This document shows, one piece after another, positions 42,623-53,199 of a DNA stretch of 64,000 nucleotides (position 1 is the stretch's first letter; every line of letters begins with the position of its first letter). This stretch comes from Candidatus Dojkabacteria bacterium (GTDB taxonomy: Bacteria > Patescibacteriota > Dojkabacteria > SC72). The stretch lies in the NCBI GenBank assembly GCA_040765985.1, contig JAXGRK010000002.1, forward strand, positions 9,940-73,939, in the 5' to 3' direction. The notes below the pieces were generated by a model. That model did no database searches and was not told the DNA's origin. It worked only from the letters and a program-made list of their open reading frames with translations. The translations under genes and the position numbers were made by a program.

Positions 42623-43175
42623 TGAAAAATCAGAAACTTAAAAAAATTCTTTACACTTTTTTAGAGCCATTCGCATTTGGTATACTTGCATTGATATTTA
42701 TAATTCCAACGATAACAGTTGTTAACTTAGAACCTATTACTAAAGTATTAAAAAATTTAGATGTTTTAGGTGTATCAGAAGAACAAGAGTTGAAATAAAT
42801 GTCATTGGTGGAACACACCAAATATTCGGAAGAGAGAAACTACTAGAAGATGAGAATAGTATCTTTACCTACACAACAACTCTTACAAGAAGAGATGCAG
42901 ATAGATATTCAAAACCAATACTTGAGATTAAGAATAATAAAAATATTGATGTTAAGCTCGAAATCTATGGAAACACTCACCTACCAACCTACTCTAATAT
43001 CTCCATGATAATAAATGATCAGGTATATAAATTACAAAGTGCTAATGGAGATGTAGAAACACAAAAAATACTTTTATCTCCAAATCAGAAATATATTGTG
43101 TATCTTGTTGTCGAAAGTTTCTCCAATGTACAATTTAACGAAGATTTCGAATTAAAGATTAAAGAGATTAAGTAA
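42622..43175 (+). CDS. Membrane-anchored hypothetical protein (indel near 42795)
   Basis: MKNQKLKKILYTFLEPFAFGILALIFIIP...DVLGVSE; continues in a shifted frame to TAA 43175. Confidence 0.6.
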
Positions 43176-43222
43176 TTAAACACCCTTTTTCACTGTAAAT
43201 ATAATATAATTACCCATATTCT

Positions 43223-45046
43223 ATGGTTAATACGAATTTAAATACAATACGCAATTTCTCAATAATTGCACATATAGATCACGGTAAATCTACATTGGCA
43301 GATAGAATACTTGAGCAAGCACATATCGATATCTCAAGAGATAAAAGAGAGTCTCGAATATTAGATAGATTAGATTTAGAACAAGAGAAAGGGATAACGA
43401 TAAAACTACAAGCATGCAGATTGATATGGAAAAATATAGAGCTAAATCTCATAGACACTCCTGGTCATGTAGATTTCTCCTATGAAGTATCTCGATCTCT
43501 TGCTGCTTGTGAGGGAGCACTTCTTCTCATAGATGCCTCACAAGGTGTACAAGCACAAACCATATCTAATACACAAAAAGCCCTAGAGCTTGGATTAACC
43601 TTAATACCAGTAATAAACAAAATTGATTTACCAAATATAAACATCAAAGAGAAAGAAGATGAATTAATTCAATTACTTGGGTTTAAGCGAGAAGAGATTC
43701 TTAAAGTATCTGGTAAAACAGGGGAAGGTATAGAGAAACTTCTAGATACAATCATTGAGAAATGCCCTCCCCCAATTGGAGATATTAACAAACCTCTTAG
43801 AGCTTTAATATTTGATTCTTACTATGACGAACATCGAGGTGTAGTAATAGCAGTAAGAGTGTTTGATGGAAATATAAAATATGTACCTGGAAAATCAGAT
43901 GATCTTTACATATTACAAAGGCAACAACCCTTTAAACCAACAGAGATAGGGATATTTACACCAGATTTAGAAGAAACTACCCAACTATCTGCAGGAGAAG
44001 TTGGATATATAGCTACTGGCTTTAAAGATATTAGTATGTTTACTGTTGGAGACACAGTATCTAATACAAAAGACACATTACCATTAGATGGGTACAAAAC
44101 ACCAAAACCAAATGTATACGCTACATTCTTTCCAGTTACTACAGATCAGTATGAGCCCTTAAAAATTGGCTTAAACAAATTGAGCTTAAATGATGCATCC
44201 CTCTCTTTTTCTGATCAAAGATCAAACCTACTCGGCTCTGGTTTCAGATGTGGCTTCCTTGGGCTTTTACATATGGAAATTATCCAAGAAAGATTAGAAA
44301 GGGAGTATGATGTTGATTTGATAATTACAGCGCCCACAGTAGAGTACAAGGTTACTAAAACAGATGGTACTAAACTTGAGGTTCAAACTCCTCAAGAGAT
44401 ACCCGACCCATCAGAAATATCTGAAATTCAAGAACCATGGGTAAGATTAAAAATTATGACTCCAGATAGATACATGGGACCCCTAATGGAGCTATGTCAA
44501 CATAAAAGAGGAGTATATGTAAATACACAATATCTACCAAACACATCAGGTGACATTCAACTTAAAGATCAATATATTACATTAGAGTATGATATACCAC
44601 TAGCATCTTTAGTATCTAATTTTTTTGATTTACTCAAAAACAGATCTAGTGGATACGCATCAATGGAGTATGAATTTATTGATTTCTTTCCAGTAGATTT
44701 GGTAAAAGTATCGGTTCTTGTAAATCATCAGGAAATACCAGCACTAAGTTTTCTTGAAACAAAAAGTTAGCACAAAGTAAAGCGAATAAATTACTTGAGG
44801 TAATGAAAGAAGAGATTCCTAGACAGCAATTCCCTATTCCATTACAGGCATCTATAGGGGCTAAAATAATTGCAAGAGAAGACGTTAAGGGCTTTAGAAA
44901 AGATGTTACTGCTAAACTATACGGTGGAGACTACACTAGAAGATTAAAATTATTAGAGAAACAGAAGAAAGGTAAAAAAAAGATTGAAAATGATAGGGCA
45001 AGTAAACATCCCTCAAGAAGCGTTCTTAAGTATATTAAAAACATAA
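43223..45046 (+). CDS. lepA: Elongation factor 4 (indels near 44765 and 44975)
   Basis: [61 protein letters not shown]. Confidence 0.97.
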
Positions 45047-46116
45047 TGATTAAAAAGCTTACTCTTACAAATTTTAGGAAATTTGAAACTAAAACCCTTG
45101 AGTTTGATAAAAATATCGTTATTTTTTACGGTCATAATGCACAAGGGAAAAGCTCAATACTAGAGGCAATATATTTAATAAACACAGGGATATCTCCATG
45201 GGCTTCAATGAATGAATTCGTAAATATCAATCAGAGCAATCAAATATTTACAAGAATTGAATCTTTAGAAGATGATAAAAGTTTTGTATATTACAAAGAC
45301 GAAGAGAAGAGAATTTTTAAAATAGATGGTAAAAATACAATACCATCTAAATTTTTTGAAAACAGATCTGCAAATATATTTAATCCCGAAAAAATAGAGC
45401 TACTAATGATATCTCCTTCTCAAAGAAGGGAGTTTCTTGATGACACTATACTTAAATATGATTATGAATATCAAACACTAATCAAAGATTTTAAAAAGAT
45501 TTTAAGACAAAGAAATGCATATTTAAAAAAACTAGCCAAACTCTTCTATGATAAAGGTGTAATTGCAATTAACGATCCTCAATTAAATTTCTGGAGTAAT
45601 CATTTTTCATTAACTTCTGCATATATATTACAAAACAGAATTAAATTGATAAAAGAGTTATCTAACAATGAATATGAAATTAAATATAAAACAGATATCG
45701 ATTTTGATAAAGAAAGTTAAATAATATTGAATATCTGAAGAAGTGTTTTGAGAAAGAGTTAGAAAAAAACAAAAGAAGAGATATAGCTACTGGGTATACT
45801 AATGTTGGACCACATAGAGATGATTGGGATATATTAAACGATAGAGACATAAGAAATTCGGTTCAAGGGGAGAAAAAGATTAGCGATAGGTAAACTTATA
45901 TTTGAAACTCAACAAATTATTTTTAATAAAACAAGTAATTACCCTGTACTACTTCTAGATGATATTGCCTCTGAGTTAGATATCTTTAATACTAAAAAAA
46001 TTTTTGATAAAAAATTACTTAATAAACAACAAACATTTATTACTGTCATCGATTACAAATCTCTCCCAAAAAATATTCTCAACAATGCACAACTAATACA
46101 CCTAAATGGTTTATAA
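45046..46116 (+). CDS. recF: DNA replication/repair protein RecF (indels in 3' part)
   Basis: [61 protein letters not shown]. Confidence 0.92.
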
Positions 46117-46166
46117 ATACTATACACCTCTACTATTAGATAAAATTCTGGTAAACTAGATGATAT

Positions 46167-46937
46167 ATGAGACAACATCCTATACCACAAAATGTCCTTG
46201 ATGTGGAGTTTAAACTCTTTACAAAGTTTACTTTAAAAGAGTTCGTATACCTTGCCATTGGGATAAGTATAGGGGGGATATTTCTCTATTTTACAAGTAA
46301 AGGGCATGTCCCCGGTATTATAGGAATACCCATATTTGTAATATTTTCATCTTTAGGAGCTTTCTTTGCATTAGTCCCTATTAACGATCAACCAGCTGAT
46401 AGGTTTGTATCTAATTTCTTTAACGCTATTAATCAACCTACTCAAAGAGTATGGCTGAACACAGAGTTAAAAAATCAAAAAATGAAGCCCATTTTACAAA
46501 CTCAACAGAAAAAATCTAATATAATAGGAGCGTTTGATATAGGAAAAATTAAGAAACAGCTTTTTAAAGAAAACCCAGGTGATGATATTTTAGAGAATGA
46601 AACTCAAGAGAATATTATTACAATCAATGAAGAAAATATTCATAAATATCAATTCCCTATTAAAAGTGTTGATAGGTTACCCGGAAATATAAATATATGG
46701 TTAATAAATAAAGATAATCAACCGATTCCAAATATAAATACATATCTCAAAGATTCTACTAACAAAATACTTTATGCTAACAAAACAGACAAGAACGGCT
46801 ATTTTATTTCTAACAGAATTTTTCCTGAAGGCATATATAAACTAGAATTTGAAGGAGTAACTGATAGTATGCCAAATATAAATATAGTTTTATCAAAGAA
46901 TATGGGCAAATTACCTTATAAAATAAAAATACTTTAA
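46167..46937 (+). CDS. PrgI-family (VirB3-like) membrane protein with C-terminal beta-sandwich domain
   Basis: MRQHPIPQNVLDVEFKLF..FTLKEF, two TMs, PINDQPAD...P.QRVW. Confidence 0.8.
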   Translation: MRQHPIPQNVLDVEFKLFTKFTLKEFVYLAIGISIGGIFLYFTSKGHVPGIIGIPIFVIFSSLGAFFALVPINDQPADRFVSNFFNAINQPTQRVWLNTELKNQKMKPILQTQQKKSNIIGAFDIGKIKKQLFKENPGDDILENETQENIITINEENIHKYQFPIKSVDRLPGNINIWLINKDNQPIPNINTYLKDSTNKILYANKTDKNGYFISNRIFPEGIYKLEFEGVTDSMPNINIVLSKNMGKLPYKIKIL

Positions 46938-47578
46938 TGGATACAAACGCAAGAGCAAGAACAATTTCATCTACACAGGAGCATCTTGAAATAAAAGAGA
47001 TTATTGATGATTTAGTGATAACAAAAAGTGGAAGTGCTGCAATGGTAATACAAACTTCAGCAATCAATTTCGATTTACTTGCTGAATATGAACAAGATAG
47101 TAAGATTACTGCTTTTTCTAGATTACTTAATTCTTTAAATTTTCATATTCAGATTCTAATTAGAACTCGAAGGGTAGATATCTCTAACTATGTTGAGTAT
47201 CTTGTTAATCAAGAAAACAGTACTATGACTGAGGGTCTCAAAAAACAGCTCCATATATATACTAAATTTATTCAGAATCTAATAGTTCAAAATGATGTCT
47301 TAGATAAGAACTTTTTTATAGTAATCCCCTTCAATCCTGCAGGTGAATTACCGGGTATGAGTCTTTTAAGATCTAAAAAAACTAAAGAACAAATAGAGGA
47401 AAATAAACAACTCAAACAAGAACAACTCATTGAGAAAGCAAAAATATTTTTAGCTCCTAAAAGAGATCACATATTAAAACAACTTGTAGGAATGGGAATA
47501 ATGGGACATCAGCTATCTAATAAGGAGCTAATGTCAGAACTATACACTATATATAATCCAGAAGGAGAGATTACTTAA
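46937..47578 (+). CDS. TraC/VirB4 N-terminal-like conjugation-type protein
   Basis: STQEHLEIKEIIDDLVITK, AINFDLL...EQ, LNSLNFHIQILIR, KNFFIVIPF, ELYTIYNP. Confidence 0.75.
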   Translation: MDTNARARTISSTQEHLEIKEIIDDLVITKSGSAAMVIQTSAINFDLLAEYEQDSKITAFSRLLNSLNFHIQILIRTRRVDISNYVEYLVNQENSTMTEGLKKQLHIYTKFIQNLIVQNDVLDKNFFIVIPFNPAGELPGMSLLRSKKTKEQIEENKQLKQEQLIEKAKIFLAPKRDHILKQLVGMGIMGHQLSNKELMSELYTIYNPEGEIT

Positions 47579-47585
47579 CAATAAT

Positions 47586-49954
47586 ATGGAAGATAGTAAA
47601 TACAAATCAAAAACTATGGAGATGTTAGAGAATAAGAGTAGCTCTCTTACCGAGAACAAGTATGTATCTTTTAGGGAGGACTTAAATAAAGAATTAGAAA
47701 CAATAAAAAATAAAGATGATGGTTTAAAAGTAAATAACAAAGAAAGATATAATGAGCCAGAGAAGAAAGAAGAAGAAAAGAATATATTTTTTAAATTCCT
47801 TGATAACTTTATCCCTCAAAAAACAACACCTTCTGCAATCTCTAAAGAACCAAACGAAGCTAGATATGATGGTTTAACTACACAAGATATAATAGCCCCA
47901 ATTGATTTAGAAGTTGATTTTAACACCTTACAGATGGGTAACTATTACTTTAGATCTTTTTTTATAAGTGGATATCAAGATTTGTTGGTCCTAACTGGTT
48001 ATCCCCTATTATTAACTTCGAACATTCTCTTCGAATAAGTACTTTTTACTATCCTGTTGATTCAAAAGTTATTCTAGACAAACTTAGAAAAAAGATTGGA
48101 GAGATGGAAGCAACAATATATGGTCAAATGGAAGAAAAGAAAAGTTGTAGATCCATCTGTGAAAGTAGCACTTTCGATGCTCAACAGTTGCAAGATTCTA
48201 TTGCAGAGGGTACTGAAAAATTCTTTCATTTCACAATGTACATTACTATATACGCACCAACAAAAGAGCTATTAGAAAAATACAGTAGGAATGTTACATC
48301 TACTCTTGCAGCAATTAGTGTAACTGCAAAATCAACAACCTTACAACAGGAACAGGCCTTTATTAGTACTCAACCTATCGGTCTAGACAAGCTATATATT
48401 ACAAGGAATATGGATACTACATCCTTAGCTACTACCTTTCCTTTTGTAACTTCAGAGCTAACTATGGACCATGGAATTATGTATGGAATAAATATGCATA
48501 ATAATAGTTTGGTGATATTTGATAGATTCGAGCTTGAAAATGCTAACACCGTTGTCTTCGCTAAATCAGGTGCAGGTAAAAGCTACTTTGTTAAACTAGA
48601 GGCAATTAGAAGTTTAATGCTTGGCACAGATGTCATTATCATAGATCCTGAAAGAGAATATGAAGATCTTTCTAAGGCCGTAGGTGGGTCATATATATCA
48701 TTCTCACAGGATAAAGGTCACAAGATGAACCCATTCGAACTATCAGGAGTATCTGAAGAGGGTGATGATGAATTAAGAATGAAACTTTTATCACTACAAG
48801 GATTCTTTAAAGTAATGTTTGATGGCTTGAGTAGTATAGAATCCTCTATCCTTGACAGAGCCCTAATATTAACATACAGAGAGAAAGGTATTACCTTTGA
48901 TCCTGATACACAAACAAATACCCCCCCTATGCTTGAAGATCTATACAAGGTGCTAAAGGGTATGGCTGAGAACGAAGCCCATGAGTTGGCTCGAAGGATG
49001 GAGAAATATATCATAGGTAGTGGTGCGGGTGTGTTTAACGAAGCAACTAATTTCGAAATTAAAAATCCATTTACCGTATTTAGTGTTAGAGATTTGCAGG
49101 AAGAACTAAAACCCTTATCAATGTATTTGATGTTGGATTTCATCTGGACAGTAATTCGTAAGAACAAAAAAAGACGACTTCTACTTGTTGATGAGGCCTG
49201 GTATATGATGCAAAGAGAAGACTCTGCTAGATTTATGTACTCGATAGCGAAAAGAGCAAGAAAGTACTACTTAGGTTTAACAACAATAACTCAAGATGTT
49301 GCAGATTTCTTAACTAACGATATGGGAAGAGCAATAATATCAAACTCCTCTCTTCAAATGCTCATGATGCAAAGCCCAACCACTTTAGACAAATTACAGG
49401 AAGTCTTTAATCTTTCTGATGGAGAAAAAACTTTCCTTCTTAACTGTGAAAAAGGTCAAGGACTTTTCTTTGCAGGAGCAAATCATGTGGCCATTCAAGT
49501 GCTATCGAGTGTACAAGAACATGAGTTAATCACTTCTGACCCAAGAGAGTTAGAGCAAAGAAAATTACAAGGAGACAGAGATGAAACAAGAACTATTGAT
49601 GAATTAGCAGCGATATTTGACCCCCCAGCAACACAACAAGCTGTGACAACTGAGACCACAAGAAACAAAACTTTGATTGAAAGAGCCGTTGGAAGAAGAA
49701 AAGAAGATATTGGTGTAATACAACAAGAAACTACTAGATATCAAGAAGAATTAAAGAAGAGATTAGAGGAACAAGAGAGAGAATTAAATCCTAAAAAATA
49801 TGAATCCCAGAAAAGCTTTAATGAGATAATTGAAGAGAATACCATTCCTGGAAAGATTGTTCGGGAAAGAAGAGATATTCAAGAAGGAGTTAGACATATT
49901 ACTCCACAAGGTATAATAGGAGATGACAATGAGCAACAACCAAAACAATATTAG
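47586..49954 (+). CDS. VirB4-like secretion ATPase (indels near 47975 and 48140-48175)
   Basis: DIIAP; FPFVTSEL; LVIFDRFELENANTVVFAKSGAGKS (Walker A); IIDPERE; LLVDEAW (Walker B); KRARKY; TQDVADF. Confidence 0.9.
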
Positions 49955-50141
49955 TAATACGGTTTATCAGTATAATGTCACTACTAATTCTAGTGTCAAT
50001 TACGATAATATCCAAAATACACAAAAACAGAATATATCATCAAAAATTATTAGACCAAGTATATCTAAAAGTCCTCATGGACCTGCCTTAGCAAGAGCTA
50101 TGAAAGCATTGAAATTGGTAAACCCATTTAAAGGAGTTTAG
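49929..50141 (+). CDS. Small hypothetical protein
   Basis: ~70 aa ORF overlapping the VirB4 stop, preceded by TATAAT; basic amphipathic C-terminus. Confidence 0.45.
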   Translation: MSNNQNNISNTVYQYNVTTNSSVNYDNIQNTQKQNISSKIIRPSISKSPHGPALARAMKALKLVNPFKGV

Positions 50142-51261
50142 CTTAAAGGACCCTGATCTGGAAGTACATACTGCTTTAGATTCTCTGCAGTAATAACAAT
50201 AGGAACTTGTTTACCATTGATAATCTCTCTAGCAGCACTTCTAGCTAAGGTTGCAATGTTTCTTTCTAATTGACGAATACCAGCATCAAATCCAACAGGT
50301 CTAATAAGAAGTGGCCATACCTCTTCTGTAATTTGATATACTCTGGGGATAATCCCATACCTGCAAAAACTCTTGGTAAAATATATGACTTAGCGATCAC
50401 CTCTTTCTCTTTATCTGAATAACTCATAAAACGAATAACTTCCAATCTATCTAGTAGCGCAGCAGAAAGTCCTCCAAGATTATTTGCTGTACAGATAAAA
50501 AGAACTTGTGATAAATCAACAGGATGATCAATATAGTGGTCTACAAAGGTTGAATTCTGTTCAGGATCTAATATCTCTAATAGAGCTGCCATCATATCAT
50601 TATGTAACCCTTGATTTTGACTAGACTTCTCTATTTCATCTACCAAAATAACAGGATTCATTGTACCAGTTCGAACCAGTGCCTTAATTATTTGACCCGG
50701 TTCTGAATCCATCTCGTGCCTTGGTACACCTCTTAGAGTTCTTACATCACCAACAGCACCAAGAGAAATTCTTGCAAATTTTCGTCCCATAGATCTTGCA
50801 ATAGATTGCGCTATAGATGTTTTACCTATACCCTGTAAACCAACAAAAAGAAGTGTAGGAAAAGTTGGAATATTATAATCTTGATTAACCTCTCCTCTTA
50901 CTTTAGTAATCTTTTTTAATTGCATCGTTGCAAGATAGTCCAATATCATCTCCTTTACTGTTTCCATACCGTAATGGGTACCATCCATGATACTTTTGGC
51001 ATTTTGAATATCTAAATTATCCTCAGATACTACACCCCACGGAATTCTTGTTATCCAATCAATATATTTATCTACACCTTCAAATTCAGAGCTATAGTTT
51101 CCCCATTTAGCCATTCTCTCTAATCTTTGAATTACCTTCATACTATCCTCTTTTAATCCTACAGGTACATTAGAACCAGATAATTTATTCTGTAGTTCAA
51201 TAATTTCAGAAATCATATCATTAGAGGTGTTCGTTTGTTGTGTATTATTATTAAAATCCAT
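50138..51261 (-). CDS. Lon-type AAA+ ATPase module lacking N-domain and protease domain (indel near 50332)
   Basis: YIDWITRIPW, HYGMETVKEMILDYLA, GLQGIGKTS, LVDEIEK, ALLEILDPEQNSTFVDHY, ALLDRLEVI; corrected tail DAGIRQLER...ITAENLKQYVLPDQGPLS*. Confidence 0.88.
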
Positions 51262-51313
51262 ATCAAAATATATCATATAGAGATATTACTTTCTCGACCT
51301 ATAACATAGATAT

Positions 51314-52603
51314 TTAGGAAAGACCCTGTAAAACTGCCTCTTTAAGAGAATTAGCCGCGTACTTCAAATCATCCTCATTACTGTATATACCCAAACTAAA
51401 CCTTAATGTAGGACCTGTACAAAACCTATCATGTAATGGCTCTGCACAATGAAACCCCTCTCTAAAAGCAATACCCTTTTTATCCAAAAACTCAGAAATA
51501 CTCTCCCCATCTCTTTTTGTTTCCATACCCAATATATCTTTACAACCTCTAAACTTAAAACCTTTAATATTAAAAGCTATCACACCATATTTTAAAGATA
51601 TATCATCAGAACCAAAATGAACAAACCAATCTATACCATTAAACTCATTCAGAAAGTACCCTATTAACCCCTGCTCATGATTAATTACCATATCCCAACC
51701 ACCTACCTTTTCAACTGTATCATTTAACCAACTGATAGCATTACCCAGTGCTATACCTCCCCCGATATCAGGTGTACCTGCTTCAAATCTCCAAGGTAGT
51801 TCGTTGTATTCAAAACCCTTTTTAGTTACAGTAGATATCATCTCTCCTCCTCCCATCCATGGAGTAAGTTTCTCTAGATATTTTAATTTACAATATACAG
51901 CTCCACTACCAGTTGGACCGTATACCTTATGTCCCGAGAATACCAAAGAGTCACAACCTAACTCCTTAACATCTACCTTACATCTTGCAATACTTTGAGC
52001 TGCATCTAAGATTGTAAAGCTATCAACCTTTTTTGCAATATTAAATATCTCTTTAATATCATTTTTAACACCTAAAACATTAGATATATGTACAACAGAC
52101 ACTATCTTAATCTTTTTACCCTTTCTCTTTAGCAAATCCTTAAACCAATCTAAATCTAGGGTGTAATCCTCTTTAATAGGTATATACTCAATATTAAAAT
52201 TAATATCTTTTTGAAGTAACATCCAAGGAACAATATTACTATGATGTTCCATTTCAGTAATTACTACGCTATCTCCATCTTTAAGAATATCTCTTCCTAC
52301 AGTATTCACTAAGAAATTTAATCCCTCTGTTGTATTCCTAACAAAGAATATCTCTTTAAAAGAAGATGCATTTATAAATTGAGCAACTATTTGATGAGCC
52401 TCTTCCCATAGCTTAGTAGCATCTTTTGAAAGAGAATACGGTCCTCTATGTATATTAGCGTTTTCTTTAGTGTAATACTGATTTAATCTATCTATTACTA
52501 TCTGTGGTTTTTGTGTAGTAGCTGCACTATCTAAATACACAAGCCCTCTACTTAATATATTACTTTTTAAAATAGGGAACTCTTTTCTAATATCATCAAA
52601 CAT
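51314..52603 (-). CDS. sufS: SufS-family cysteine desulfurase
   Basis: YLDSAATTQKP, EHHSNIVPW, DAAQ, SGHK, FEAGTP, GFHCAEPL. Confidence 0.9.
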   Translation of the reverse strand: MFDDIRKEFPILKSNILSRGLVYLDSAATTQKPQIVIDRLNQYYTKENANIHRGPYSLSKDATKLWEEAHQIVAQFINASSFKEIFFVRNTTEGLNFLVNTVGRDILKDGDSVVITEMEHHSNIVPWMLLQKDINFNIEYIPIKEDYTLDLDWFKDLLKRKGKKIKIVSVVHISNVLGVKNDIKEIFNIAKKVDSFTILDAAQSIARCKVDVKELGCDSLVFSGHKVYGPTGSGAVYCKLKYLEKLTPWMGGGEMISTVTKKGFEYNELPWRFEAGTPDIGGGIALGNAISWLNDTVEKVGGWDMVINHEQGLIGYFLNEFNGIDWFVHFGSDDISLKYGVIAFNIKGFKFRGCKDILGMETKRDGESISEFLDKKGIAFREGFHCAEPLHDRFCTGPTLRFSLGIYSNEDDLKYAANSLKEAVLQGLS

Positions 52604-52620
52604 ATTAATAGGAATTTAAC

Positions 52621-53181
52621 TTAAAAATTCTTCCACATTCTACTACCCTGTACAGTCATATCCCCCTTATACTTACTATTCAAACCTGGGCTACCGTATG
52701 GTCTTTGACAGCTTCTATCTAACTCTTCAAACGCTAACTGCGCTATCTTCATACCTGCATATATCCTAATTGGTAATGGAGAAAGATTAGCAATCTCTAA
52801 TGTTAATCTCAACTTATTACCTGGATCTAAAAATCCTGCAGTAGCATGAATGATAAGGCCCATTCTAGCAAGAGAACTTTTACCCTCTAATCTTCCTACG
52901 TGTTTATCATCTACACCTGTAATTTCTGTTACATTAGCAAGTACAAACTGTCCTGGTTTTAATACATACCCCTCTTTGTCATCTATTTCAATCTTAAGCA
53001 TTAAATCATCAACAGGTTTTTTAACATCTATGATGTCATGTTTCTCTGTATTAAATATCAGTACCGTTTTATCTAAATGTAAATCATATGAAGCAGGTTG
53101 TACAAACTCATCGGAGAATGGCTCTATACTAATCTCTCCATTAGAAAGTTTCTCTTTAATACTTCTATCTGAAAGAATCAT
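52621..53181 (-). CDS. dcd: dCTP deaminase
   Basis: MILSD, QPASYDL, EGKSSLARMGL, AGFLDPG, TLEI, IAQL. Confidence 0.95.
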   Translation of the reverse strand: MILSDRSIKEKLSNGEISIEPFSDEFVQPASYDLHLDKTVLIFNTEKHDIIDVKKPVDDLMLKIEIDDKEGYVLKPGQFVLANVTEITGVDDKHVGRLEGKSSLARMGLIIHATAGFLDPGNKLRLTLEIANLSPLPIRIYAGMKIAQLAFEELDRSCQRPYGSPGLNSKYKGDMTVQGSRMWKNF

Positions 53182-53199
53182 ATTAAAAATATATTTAAA

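Noticed and set aside
44803-45720. Apparent LepA-RecF fusion ORF (305 aa)
   Set aside because: Artifact of an indel in the A-run near 44975; corrected lepA ends at TAA 45046, overlapping the recF ATG
46167-49954. Integrative conjugative element or prophage
   Set aside because: No integrase, relaxase, att repeats, tRNA target or phage structural genes seen in the window
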